This document shows positions 27,789 to 36,454 of a DNA stretch of 64,000 bases, piece by piece. The DNA comes from an uncultured Clostridia bacterium. GTDB taxonomy: Bacteria; Bacillota; Clostridia; TANB77; CAG-508. Where the stretch lies: positions 210 through 64,209 of the forward strand of contig CAKPEG010000008.1 in NCBI GenBank assembly GCA_934149275.1, in the 5' to 3' direction. The notes under the pieces were generated by a model. That model saw only the letters and a list, made by a program, of their open reading frames with translations. It was not told the DNA's origin and ran no database searches. Every line of letters begins with the position of its first letter. Positions within the stretch are counted from its first letter, which is position 1. The translations under genes and the position numbers were made by a program.

Positions 27789-29987
27789 TTGAAGAAAGTT
27801 TTATTAAAAATTGGAGGAATGACTTGTAGTGCTTGTTCTAGTGGATTAGAAAAATACTTGAATAAGCAAGATGACGTTGTTCGAGCTAATGTTAATTTGG
27901 TAATGAATAATGCAAGTATAGAGTATGATGATAAAAAATTATCTTTAAAAGATATAGAGAAATTTGTTGATAAAGCTGGTTTTGAAAGTTTAGGAATAGA
28001 TAATTTGAAAAAGGAAGAGAGAAAAAAATCTGGAGAAAAAATTAATTTAATTTTGACTTCAATTTTTTCAATTGCGATTTTATATGTGTCTATGGCACAT
28101 ATGATAGGTTTGCCTGATATTCCTTTTTTGAGTATGATGGAACATCCTTTGAATTATGCGGTTTCATTGCTTGTTTTAACAACTGTTGTATTAGGATTAG
28201 GATATAGCATTTTGAAAAACGGAATTAAAAATTTAATTCATGGAACTCCTAACATGGACACTTTAGTTACAATAGGTGTTTTTGCTAGTTTTATTTATAG
28301 CGTATATGAAACGGTACAAATTTTTTTAGGAGATACAAGTTTTGTACATTCGCTTTATTATGAGTCAGCTGCTATAGTTATTTTCTTCATTAGAATTGGA
28401 AAATATGTTGAAGGAATAAATACTGATAAAACTAAGGAAGCTATTCAAGAGTTGATGACAATAACTCCTAATTCTGCTGTTATTGAAAGAGATGGTAAAG
28501 AGCTTACTGTTACTTTAGATGAAATAGAAAAAGGTGATATTGTTATTTGTAAGCCTGGTGAAAAGATTGCAGTTGATGGTACAGTGGTTGATGGAATTTC
28601 TCACATTAACGAATCTTTTATTACTGGTGAGAGTATGCCAGTTAAAGTTGAGGCTGGTTCTAAGGTTATTGCAGGGAGCATTAATTATGAAGGTGCAATT
28701 AAATATAATGCTGAAAAAATAGGAAGGGAATCAACCGTTTCTGAAATTGTTAGAATGGTTGTTGAAGCTACAAATACAAAAGCGCCTATTTCAAAACTTG
28801 CTGATAAAGTTAGTAGTGTGTTTGTTCCTATTGTTATTGCAATTGCTATTATTACTTTTATTGTATGGTTAATAATTGGAAAGAGTTTTGCTGTTGCATT
28901 GAATTATTTTGTAACAGTTTTAGTTGTGGCTTGTCCATGTAGTTTGGGATTAGCTACACCGCTTGCTATTGTTATTGCTTCTGGAGTTTGCAGCAAAAAT
29001 GGAATATTGGTTAAAAATAGTGAAAGCTTAGAAAATGCTCATAAAGTAAAAACAATCATTTTTGATAAAACGGGAACTTTAACAAAAGGAACATTGAGTT
29101 TTTCAAAAATGTATAATTACAGCGATTTGAGTGATGATGATATTTTCAAAGTTATTGCAGGAGTTGAAAAGAAATCTGAGCATCCAATTGCAAAAGCAAT
29201 AGTGGAAGAGGCTGAAAAGAGAAATATTGATTTTGATGAAGTAAAGGAATTTAAAGCTATTTCAGGTCAAGGTGTTTTTGCTGTTGTTGAAAATTATGAT
29301 GTTTTAATTGGAAACAAGAGATTAATGGATGCTAATAATATTTCTGTGCATGAGTCTGATTTTGATGAGTTAGTAAATGACGGAAATAGTATTTTATATG
29401 TAAGTTTGAATAATAAAGTTGTTGCTTTAATTGGAGTTAAAGATATTGTTAAAGAAAAGGTTTCTGGAGTTATTGCTTCTTTGAAAAAGAAAGGTATTAA
29501 TGTTGTTATGCTTACAGGAGATAATGAAGTAACTGCAAAGAAAATAGCTGAAATTGCTGGAATTGAGACTGTTGTAGCTAATGTTATGCCAAGTCAAAAG
29601 GCTGAGTATGTTGAGAAGTTAAAAAAAGATGGCTTGGTTATGATGTGTGGAGATGGAATTAATGATAGCGTTAGTTTAGTTAAAGCAGATATTGGTGTTT
29701 CAGTTTCTTCTGGAACTGACATTGCGATGGACTCTGCACAGGTTGTTATTATGAATGATAATTTGGATAGAATTAATGATTTGATTAGAATTAGTTCTAA
29801 AACTATTCGAAATATTAGTGGTAATTTGTTTTGGGCATTTTTCTACAATATTTGTATGATACCAATTTCTATGGGTGTGTTTGTTGGTTTAGGAGTGAGC
29901 ATGAACCCAATGCTTGCGGCACTTGCAATGGTTTTCAGTAGCTTATTTGTGGTATTAAATGCTTTGAGGTTGAGAGTTGTTAAATAA
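27789..29987 (+). CDS. copA: Copper-translocating P1B-type ATPase CopA
   Basis: N-terminal HMA (GMTCSAC). CPC in the TM helix. DKTGTLT, TGDN and GDGINDS motifs. TTG start after AAGGAGAG. Confidence 0.9.
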   Translation: MKKVLLKIGGMTCSACSSGLEKYLNKQDDVVRANVNLVMNNASIEYDDKKLSLKDIEKFVDKAGFESLGIDNLKKEERKKSGEKINLILTSIFSIAILYVSMAHMIGLPDIPFLSMMEHPLNYAVSLLVLTTVVLGLGYSILKNGIKNLIHGTPNMDTLVTIGVFASFIYSVYETVQIFLGDTSFVHSLYYESAAIVIFFIRIGKYVEGINTDKTKEAIQELMTITPNSAVIERDGKELTVTLDEIEKGDIVICKPGEKIAVDGTVVDGISHINESFITGESMPVKVEAGSKVIAGSINYEGAIKYNAEKIGRESTVSEIVRMVVEATNTKAPISKLADKVSSVFVPIVIAIAIITFIVWLIIGKSFAVALNYFVTVLVVACPCSLGLATPLAIVIASGVCSKNGILVKNSESLENAHKVKTIIFDKTGTLTKGTLSFSKMYNYSDLSDDDIFKVIAGVEKKSEHPIAKAIVEEAEKRNIDFDEVKEFKAISGQGVFAVVENYDVLIGNKRLMDANNISVHESDFDELVNDGNSILYVSLNNKVVALIGVKDIVKEKVSGVIASLKKKGINVVMLTGDNEVTAKKIAEIAGIETVVANVMPSQKAEYVEKLKKDGLVMMCGDGINDSVSLVKADIGVSVSSGTDIAMDSAQVVIMNDNLDRINDLIRISSKTIRNISGNLFWAFFYNICMIPISMGVFVGLGVSMNPMLAALAMVFSSLFVVLNALRLRVVK

Positions 29988-30036
29988 AAATGAGTGCGAT
30001 TAGTGATAATCGCAGAGATGTGAAAGGGGTACATAT

Positions 30037-30789
30037 ATGAATCAGTTTTCTAGAACAGAGTTATTAATAGGAAAAGATGGCGTAGAAAAATTACATAATG
30101 CAAAAGTTGCAGTTTTTGGCGTTGGCGGTGTTGGTTCGTTTGTTGTTGAGGGACTTGTTAGAGCTGGTGTTGGTAATTTTATTTTGGTTGATGATGATGA
30201 GGTTTGTTTAACTAATTTAAATAGACAGATTCATGCTACTAGAAAGACGATTGGAAAGTATAAGGCTGAGTTGATGAGGGATAGGATTTTGGAGATTAAT
30301 CCTGATGCAAAAGTTGAAGTTTTCAAAGAATTTTTTATGCCTGATTCCGAGGTGAAAATACTTGATGATAGTATTGATTATATTGTTGATGCTATTGATA
30401 CTGTTACGGCTAAGATTGAGCTTGTTATGCAGGCTGATAAGCTTGGTGTTCCAATTATGTCTGCAATGGGAACAGGAAATAAGTTGGATCCTACAAGGTT
30501 TGAAGTCACTGATATTTATAAGACGAGTGTTTGTCCTTTGGCTAAGGTTATGAGAAAAGAATTGAGGGCTAGAGGAATTAAGAAGTTGAAGGTTGTTTAT
30601 TCTAAGGAAGAGCCTATTAAGCCTTATGAGAGTGCGGAGAATAGTTGCAAGAATCATTGTGTTTGTCCTCCTGGTGCTAAGAGAACTTGTGCGATTAAGA
30701 ATCAGGTGCCTGGTAGTATTTCATTTGTGCCTAGTGTTGCTGGAATGATTATTGCTGGGGAAGTAATTAAGGACATTTTGAAAAAATAG
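30037..30789 (+). CDS. tcdA: ThiF-family protein, tRNA threonylcarbamoyladenosine dehydratase-like
   Basis: Rossmann motif GVGGVGS, DDDEVCLTNLNRQ, and length about 250 aa as in TcdA/YrvM. Confidence 0.7.
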   Translation: MNQFSRTELLIGKDGVEKLHNAKVAVFGVGGVGSFVVEGLVRAGVGNFILVDDDEVCLTNLNRQIHATRKTIGKYKAELMRDRILEINPDAKVEVFKEFFMPDSEVKILDDSIDYIVDAIDTVTAKIELVMQADKLGVPIMSAMGTGNKLDPTRFEVTDIYKTSVCPLAKVMRKELRARGIKKLKVVYSKEEPIKPYESAENSCKNHCVCPPGAKRTCAIKNQVPGSISFVPSVAGMIIAGEVIKDILKK

Positions 30790-30893
30790 GTTGTTGATTT
30801 ATTTTTAAATTTATAAAATTATTGAGTGATGAAACAATACTTTTGACGTAGAATGTGTTAATTTTATAAAATCAATAATTTGTTAGAATTTTA

Positions 30894-30920
30894 ATGCTGC
30901 TAAGTTTTAGTAGCATTTTT
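30894..30920 (+). terminator. Intrinsic terminator
   Basis: ATGCTGCTAA/TTAGTAGCAT stem (one G:U pair) followed by TTTTT. Confidence 0.7.
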
Positions 30921-30954
30921 AGTTGCTTGGAATATTATATTTCAGGTGATTTTT

Positions 30955-31812
30955 ATGAAATTAGGTTTATCTTTAGCTGGTGGTGGAATAAAAGGTTTTG
31001 CTCATATTGGAGCGATTAAAGCATTAGAGGAAGCTGGAATACATTTTGATTATATCTCTGGTACGTCTTCGGGAAGTATTGTTGCTATGTTATATGCTTG
31101 TGGTTATTCAACAGATGAGATTTATGATATTTTTAGGGCTAATGTTAGAAAAATAAGGTATGTTGATTTTGAAAATATTAGGAGAATTGTAAAGAGATTT
31201 TTTGCAGGCGAAGGTTTGAAGATTGATGGACTAAATAGTGGTGGAGTTATAAAAAAGCTTGTTGACGAATATTGCTTGAAGAAAGGGATAACCAACATTA
31301 AACAAATTAGAATGCCGATTGTTATTCCTGCGGTTAATTTATGTACAGAAGAATTGTATGTTTTTTCTAATAATATAATTCAAAATAGAGACAGAGATAT
31401 CAAGTACATAAATAGTGTTAGTGTGGGAACTGCAGTTCAAGCTAGTTGTAGCTATCCAGGAATTTTTTGCCCTTGTAGATATGGAGAAAATTTATTGGTT
31501 GATGGCGGAATTGCAGAAAATCTTCCGTGGAGAGAAACGAAAAAAGCTGGTGCTGATAAGGTTTTGAGTATTGTTTTTGTTGATAAGGATAAGAAAAGGT
31601 GTGATAATATTTATGATGTTTTGAATAAGTCTTTTTCTATTTTGTGTTCTGAGCTTGCGGATTATGAATGGGATGGAACGGATTATTTATTAAAACTATA
31701 TATGCCTAAGGTTGGGTTACTTGCCAAAGGTAGACAGGAAGAACTTTATGAGCTTGGGTATAAGCAGACTAAGGAGAAAATTTCTGATATTGTTAGTTGC
31801 TTAAGAAATTAG
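30955..31812 (+). CDS. Patatin-like phospholipase
   Basis: GGGIKG oxyanion motif, GTSSGS nucleophile elbow, DGG catalytic Asp motif. Confidence 0.8.
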   Translation: MKLGLSLAGGGIKGFAHIGAIKALEEAGIHFDYISGTSSGSIVAMLYACGYSTDEIYDIFRANVRKIRYVDFENIRRIVKRFFAGEGLKIDGLNSGGVIKKLVDEYCLKKGITNIKQIRMPIVIPAVNLCTEELYVFSNNIIQNRDRDIKYINSVSVGTAVQASCSYPGIFCPCRYGENLLVDGGIAENLPWRETKKAGADKVLSIVFVDKDKKRCDNIYDVLNKSFSILCSELADYEWDGTDYLLKLYMPKVGLLAKGRQEELYELGYKQTKEKISDIVSCLRN

Positions 31813-31985
31813 AAAATATATATTTAATTATGTGAAGTTAGTTTTTAGAAGAATAGAGTACAGATTGAATTTGAGGTTGTGATGGTGTGAGTGGTTTTTA
31901 TTGCTTACATTTTTTGTTTGTGCTGTTCATTGACTTTTAGTGTTAAAACTGATAAAACTATGTAAAATGTATTTTGGAGAAAGAA

Positions 31986-33275
31986 ATGATAGATGTAAAT
32001 GAATATTTAAAGGGATTTTATAAAGGAACTAAGGAACCATCATTAAAAGCTATGCATTATTTTATGGATAAGTATAATAATTTTGAAAAAGAAATGAAAT
32101 TTATTCATATTGCAGGCACGAATGGAAAAGGTAGTTGTGTAGAAATTATATCTAATATATTAAAAATTCAAGGGTATAGAGTTGGAAAATTTTTATCTCC
32201 ACATCTAATTAGATATAATGAAAGAATTAGTATTAATGGAGAAAGCATTTCTGACGAAGATATGCAGGGATTGATTGAAGAGCTAAAGCCTTTGATAGAT
32301 GAATATAATGAAAAAGAAAATTCAAGAATTACGTTGTTTGAATTGGAAACAATGATGGCACTTTTATATTTTTATAGGAAGAATGTAGATTTTGTTGTGT
32401 TAGAGACTGGGCTTGGTGGCTTGTATGATTGTACGAATGTGATTACATGTCCGTTGGTTTCTGTTATTACTTCTATTGGTTATGATCATATGAATCTTTT
32501 GGGTGATACTTTGCCTAAAATTGCTTTTCAGAAGGCTGGGATTGTTAAGCATGGTTCAAGTACGGTTATTTTCGAGCAGATGCCTGATGTTGATGCTGTA
32601 TTTATGCGAGAGTGTGAGAAGAAGGAAAATCAGCTTCATATTGTTAGAGAAGCGGATATTTCTAATTATAGATATGATAGTAGTTTGCAGTATTTTGATT
32701 ATGGCGAAATGAAGAATATTGCTGTTAATTTGAAAGGAATGGTTCAAATTAAGAATGCAAGTATTTGTATTGAAACAATGAAGATATTAAGAGATGACGG
32801 GTATGAGGTTTTAGATAATAGCATAAGAGAAGGTTTGAAAACTGTTATTCATAAAGCTAGAATGGAGAAATTATCAGACAAACCTTTTATAGTTTATGAT
32901 GGAGCTCATAATACGCCTGCTATGGAGAATTTGCAGAGTATGGTGACTATGTATTATTCTGATTTCGATAGAGTTTATATTGTGTCAATATTGAAGAGTA
33001 AGGATTATAGAAAAATGCTAAAAATTCTTGCAAGTGATAAAGAAGGAAAATTTATTTTTACATCTGGAAACGATGCAGAGAGATATGTTGATGGAAATAC
33101 ATTGTATGAATGCATGAAAGAATATGTTGATGAAGATAGAATTTGCACAATGACATTAGAAGATGCAGTAATTAGCACAAAAAATTCTAATGAAAATACA
33201 GTTAATTTAATTGTTGGAAGCTTTTATGTGTATGGCGATGTTGTAAGAATAATGGATGAAATGAATAAACAATAA
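31986..33275 (+). CDS. folC: Folylpolyglutamate synthase/dihydrofolate synthase
   Basis: Mur-ligase P-loop HIAGTNGKGS. FolC-type length and layout. ATG 31986 follows GGAG. Confidence 0.85.
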   Translation: MIDVNEYLKGFYKGTKEPSLKAMHYFMDKYNNFEKEMKFIHIAGTNGKGSCVEIISNILKIQGYRVGKFLSPHLIRYNERISINGESISDEDMQGLIEELKPLIDEYNEKENSRITLFELETMMALLYFYRKNVDFVVLETGLGGLYDCTNVITCPLVSVITSIGYDHMNLLGDTLPKIAFQKAGIVKHGSSTVIFEQMPDVDAVFMRECEKKENQLHIVREADISNYRYDSSLQYFDYGEMKNIAVNLKGMVQIKNASICIETMKILRDDGYEVLDNSIREGLKTVIHKARMEKLSDKPFIVYDGAHNTPAMENLQSMVTMYYSDFDRVYIVSILKSKDYRKMLKILASDKEGKFIFTSGNDAERYVDGNTLYECMKEYVDEDRICTMTLEDAVISTKNSNENTVNLIVGSFYVYGDVVRIMDEMNKQ

Positions 33276-33359
33276 TTCGTCAATATAGAATGATTGAAAA
33301 AAGTTTACTGTTATGATAGTATGTTCTTGAAATTAAAAGTTAACAAAGGAGAAGAAAAA

Positions 33360-33795
33360 ATGGAAGAAAACAATATAATTATTTGTGAAAAATGCTATGA
33401 AGAGAATGAGGGAACAAGAAGCACCTGTAAAAAATGCGGAGCTAAACTTTATAAAAATGTAGTTGAAAAAGGTACAAAAGAATATTCTGATACTAAGAAG
33501 ACAACAACTAAGAAAGACGAAACGATAGTAAAAGAGAATGCTTATAAAGATTCAAGTAATAGTTCAAATAGAGTAGCTGATAAATTTGTATCAGTAGTTA
33601 TAGTTAGTAAGTTTTTAGGATATTTAGCAGCAATTATTTCAATGATATATGCATGGCGGAGCAGGAGAAATTTTCATTGGAATTATAGCAGGTATAGTAA
33701 TAGCTGTTGCTGTTTGGCTTAGTACTTTATTTCTTGAAGCTATTGCTGAAGGCCTTAATCTTTTGCAGGATATAAAGAATAAATTGTATAAATGA
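33360..33795 (+). pseudogene. Zinc-ribbon membrane protein with an apparent +1 frame break near 33650
   Basis: ATG 33360 follows AAAGGAGAAG. N-terminal CxxC...CxxC ribbon (CEKC, CKKC). After 33650 the reading frame gives an implausible tail (AWRSRRNFHWNYSRYSNSCCCLA), whereas the +1 frame gives a clean TM helix and tail (GGAGEIFIGIIAGIVIAVAVWLSTLFLEAIAEGLNLLQDIKNKLYK) ending at 33795. Confidence 0.45.
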
Positions 33796-33806
33796 TTAGA
33801 TGAACT

Positions 33807-33835
33807 AAAAAAGGGTATCTGTGATACCCTTTTTT
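33807..33835. terminator. Bidirectional terminator between convergent genes
   Basis: AAAAAAGGGTATC-TGT-GATACCCTTTTTT. Confidence 0.8.
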
Positions 33836-34082
33836 AGTTATTTGATTGAAATTTTTGTTTAGCACTTGCAAGTTGCATTTGGTCAGCTTCTTGAGTTGTG
33901 TACCAACCTTTTTCTTTCATTAAATTATAAATTTTGTTTTGTATATCTAATGAAGTATTTAGTGCTTCTTTAAATGCACAGTGTACTTCTTGAGTTGTTG
34001 ATTCGATTGTGCCGTGTAGGTACAAATCACATACTCCTTTTATGACTAATAATTCTTTTTCCATTAAATCTCTGTCTTCCAT
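33834..34082 (-). CDS. Spore coat protein, CotF-domain family
   Basis: Coat-F-like helical pattern (EKELLVIKGVCDLYLHGTIEST, KEKGWY). SD AGGAGTG upstream. Confidence 0.65.
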   Translation of the reverse strand: MEDRDLMEKELLVIKGVCDLYLHGTIESTTQEVHCAFKEALNTSLDIQNKIYNLMKEKGWYTTQEADQMQLASAKQKFQSNN

Positions 34083-34096
34083 TTTTGAAACACTCC

Positions 34097-34270
34097 TTAT
34101 AATAAATTTAAAAATTTGTTAAATAGTTCACAATGTTTTTGTTCTAGTTGACTAACGTATTCTGAAAGTGTAGTATCTTGCAATTGTGCAGATGTTTTTT
34201 TACTACAGCATTTCATGAATTGCTCATGTCCTAAAGCATCTTCAACATATAAAAGTTCTTTATTTGTCAT
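34097..34270 (-). CDS. Small CotF-associated protein
   Basis: ATG 34270 follows GGTGGTG. ELLYVEDALGHEQF motif. Forms a two-gene unit with the downstream CotF-like gene. Confidence 0.5.
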   Translation of the reverse strand: MTNKELLYVEDALGHEQFMKCCSKKTSAQLQDTTLSEYVSQLEQKHCELFNKFLNLL

Positions 34271-34461
34271 TTTTATCACCACCTGGATTTAGTATTTGCA
34301 TAATGAAATTTTATATACTAAAAATATTTGAAAAACTTGATTAAAATGATATTTGTTTTGAATTTGAGAGGTATAAAACTGAAGTTTAAATGGTTGACTT
34401 TTGTATGGTAATGATGTAATCTAAATGAAGATTAGAAATTTAGTAGAAAGGTGTGAAACAA

Positions 34462-35436
34462 ATGAAAGTTGATGGATTTATTAAAAACTTAAAAAGAAGT
34501 TTGATTATTGGAATTATTTTAATTCTTGCATCTATATTCTTTTATTGGATGGCAGTAAGTGTTAGTGATAAAGATACAAATGCAACTCCAGTTGATTGGG
34601 GAACATTAAAAAATTCAGGAAATGATGCAGAAGAGACATATGTTAAAATAACGAATATATGGGAACCAGATCAATTTGCTGAATTAGAAGGTAGTGAGAA
34701 TGATTATAAGTATTATATAGTTGGTGATGAAAATAATGCGTATATTGCTAAATTGACAGTTGATACTTTTAATAAAATTGAGAGTGCAATTGATGAACAA
34801 GGTGAAAATTTTTCTTATGAGTTAAAAGGATATATTTATGCAATTCCTGATGAAGTAAAGAAACTTGCGATAGAGAGAGTAAAAGAATATTCAGAAGAAG
34901 ATTTCACAGATGCAGATTTTGATCAATATTTTGGAAAGTATTATTTAGATGAAATTCAATTGCCTAATGATGGTACTGTTTCACTATGTGTTTGTTTAGG
35001 TGTATTTGCTGATATTTTTGCTTTCGCTTGTTTTATTACGTATTTTATCAAAAAGTCAAGAATGAAGAAAACTTTAAAAGAATTTAATAAAGATGAATTG
35101 GAAAAAGCGTTAGAAAAAAGTGTAGCTTATGAAAAAGCTAAAATATATTTAGCAGATGAATATTTAATTTCTACTGCATCTGGACTTGATGTAATAAAAT
35201 ATGATGATTTGTATTGGATATATATTAATAAGACTAAATACAGAGGTATAACAACTGGAAGATATTTAATTGCAATTAAGAAGGATAAGAGAAGTGTTCA
35301 AATTGCATATACGGTAAGAGATGAAAAAATGCTTCAAGAAATAATGGAAAAAATTCATGAGAAAAATGATCAAATATTAATTGGTTATACGCCTGAAAAC
35401 CAAAAGACATTTGCGGAATTTAGGAAAAATAAATAA
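34462..35436 (+). CDS. Two-TM membrane protein of unknown function
   Basis: ATG 34462 follows AAAGGTG. TM helices near residues 15-35 and 165-190. No family recognised. Confidence 0.55.
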   Translation: MKVDGFIKNLKRSLIIGIILILASIFFYWMAVSVSDKDTNATPVDWGTLKNSGNDAEETYVKITNIWEPDQFAELEGSENDYKYYIVGDENNAYIAKLTVDTFNKIESAIDEQGENFSYELKGYIYAIPDEVKKLAIERVKEYSEEDFTDADFDQYFGKYYLDEIQLPNDGTVSLCVCLGVFADIFAFACFITYFIKKSRMKKTLKEFNKDELEKALEKSVAYEKAKIYLADEYLISTASGLDVIKYDDLYWIYINKTKYRGITTGRYLIAIKKDKRSVQIAYTVRDEKMLQEIMEKIHEKNDQILIGYTPENQKTFAEFRKNK

Positions 35437-35443
35437 TTACGAA

Positions 35444-35480
35444 AGAGATTTTTGATAGTTTTTTGTCAAAAATCTTTTTT
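35444..35480 (+). terminator. Intrinsic terminator
   Basis: AGAGATTTTTGA/TCAAAAATCT stem followed by TTTTT. Confidence 0.8.
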
Positions 35481-35645
35481 ATATAATAGGAAAGTTCTCC
35501 AAACTTCTTATTATATAAATTAACAATGCATAGAAATTTGCGAAGTAAATTTCGCGCGCGAACAAAGACGCGGACTTAAAAATATTATAATCAGTGTAAA
35601 TGTTATTAATGTCCGCTTTTGTTCTTTTGAGATGAAGTTGTTTGT
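35479..35645 (+). repeat. R1 intergenic cassette (copy 1)
   Basis: Near-identical by eye to 62489-62636. Has a 5' hairpin TATAATAGGAAAGTT/AACTTCTTATTATA, a GC palindrome TTCGCGCGCGAA, and a 3' hairpin GCGGAC-N35-GTCCGC plus TTTTGTTCTTTT with an invariant TATAAT in its loop. Confidence 0.75.
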
Positions 35646-35663
35646 GTCTAAAAGGACGTCCCA

Positions 35664-35679
35664 TGACACCCACATGACA
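35664..35679 (+). promoter_or_regulatory. Direct repeat TGACA-N6-TGACA in the RR gene leader
   Basis: TGACA at 35664-35668 and 35675-35679 (11-bp period). This is the reverse complement of the TGTCA-N6-TGTCA repeat at 37819-37834. Confidence 0.4.
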
Positions 35680-35702
35680 CCAATTACACGTTAGGAGTTT
35701 TT

Positions 35703-36374
35703 ATGAGTAGGATTTTATTGGTTGAAGATAATGATTCAATAATTTTAGGTTTAGAATATTTATTTAAGGAAGAAAAATTTGAGTTCGATTTTGCTAAATT
35801 GAAGAAGGATGCAATTGATAAAATTGAGAAAGAGAATTTTGATATTGTTTTGATTGATATTGGCTTGCCTGATGGTAATGGGTTTGAGGTTGGAAAATAT
35901 GTGAAGGAGTATAGAAAGCAGTTGCCGATTATTTTCTTGACGGCTAATGATGAGGAGAAGGATGTTGTATATGGATTAGATTTGGGTGCAGAGGATTATA
36001 TTACAAAGCCTTTTCGAAATAGAGAGTTGATTTCTAGAATTAAGAATGTGCTTAGGAGAAATGGTAAGCCTGATTTGATTTCATGTAAGGGTGTTTCGAT
36101 TGATACGGTTCAGAGGAAGGTTTTTAGAGATGGAGCTGAAGTGGATTTAACTAAACTTGAGTACAGTATTTGTTTGAATTTGTTTAGTAATATTAATAAG
36201 TTGATTACGCGTGAGGAGATTTTGAATGATATTTGGGATTTAGCGGGTAATTTTGTGAATGATAATACGCTTACGGTTTATATTAAGAGAATTAGAGAGA
36301 AGATTGGTGATAAGGACGGAAAGATTATTGAGACTGTGAGAGGTGTTGGATATAGAGTTAGTAGTGAAAACTAA
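35703..36374 (+). CDS. OmpR/PhoB-family response regulator
   Basis: Receiver domain (VEDNDS, VLIDIGLPDG, K in ITKPF). Winged-helix output (TVRGVGYRV). Confidence 0.9.
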   Translation: MSRILLVEDNDSIILGLEYLFKEEKFEFDFAKLKKDAIDKIEKENFDIVLIDIGLPDGNGFEVGKYVKEYRKQLPIIFLTANDEEKDVVYGLDLGAEDYITKPFRNRELISRIKNVLRRNGKPDLISCKGVSIDTVQRKVFRDGAEVDLTKLEYSICLNLFSNINKLITREEILNDIWDLAGNFVNDNTLTVYIKRIREKIGDKDGKIIETVRGVGYRVSSEN

Positions 36375-36454
36375 TAATTTGGAATTGTATATTTAAGGGA
36401 TTTAATCTTTTAAGAGAAAGAGCTTACAATTGAAATTTAAGAGAAGGTTTTGGT

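Noticed and set aside
35526-35579. A 17-codon + strand mini-ORF conserved in R1 copies 1 and 2 (MHRNLRSKFRARTKTRT vs MHRNLLCKFCAQTKMRT; truncated in copy 3). Considered as a possible leader peptide.
   Set aside because: There is no Shine-Dalgarno sequence upstream. Differences between copies are mostly non-synonymous, and copy 3 has an early stop. This is more consistent with non-coding conservation.
35479-35673. Track ORFs on the minus strand lying on R1 copies (35479-35673 here, and the 5' part of 62283-62576). Their translations look similar (FAREIYFANFYALLIY vs FVRKIYKANFCALLFL).
   Set aside because: The similarity only reflects the nucleotide repeat. There is no SD, one start is a non-ATG codon, the sequences are low-complexity, and the frames end inside the upstream terminators.
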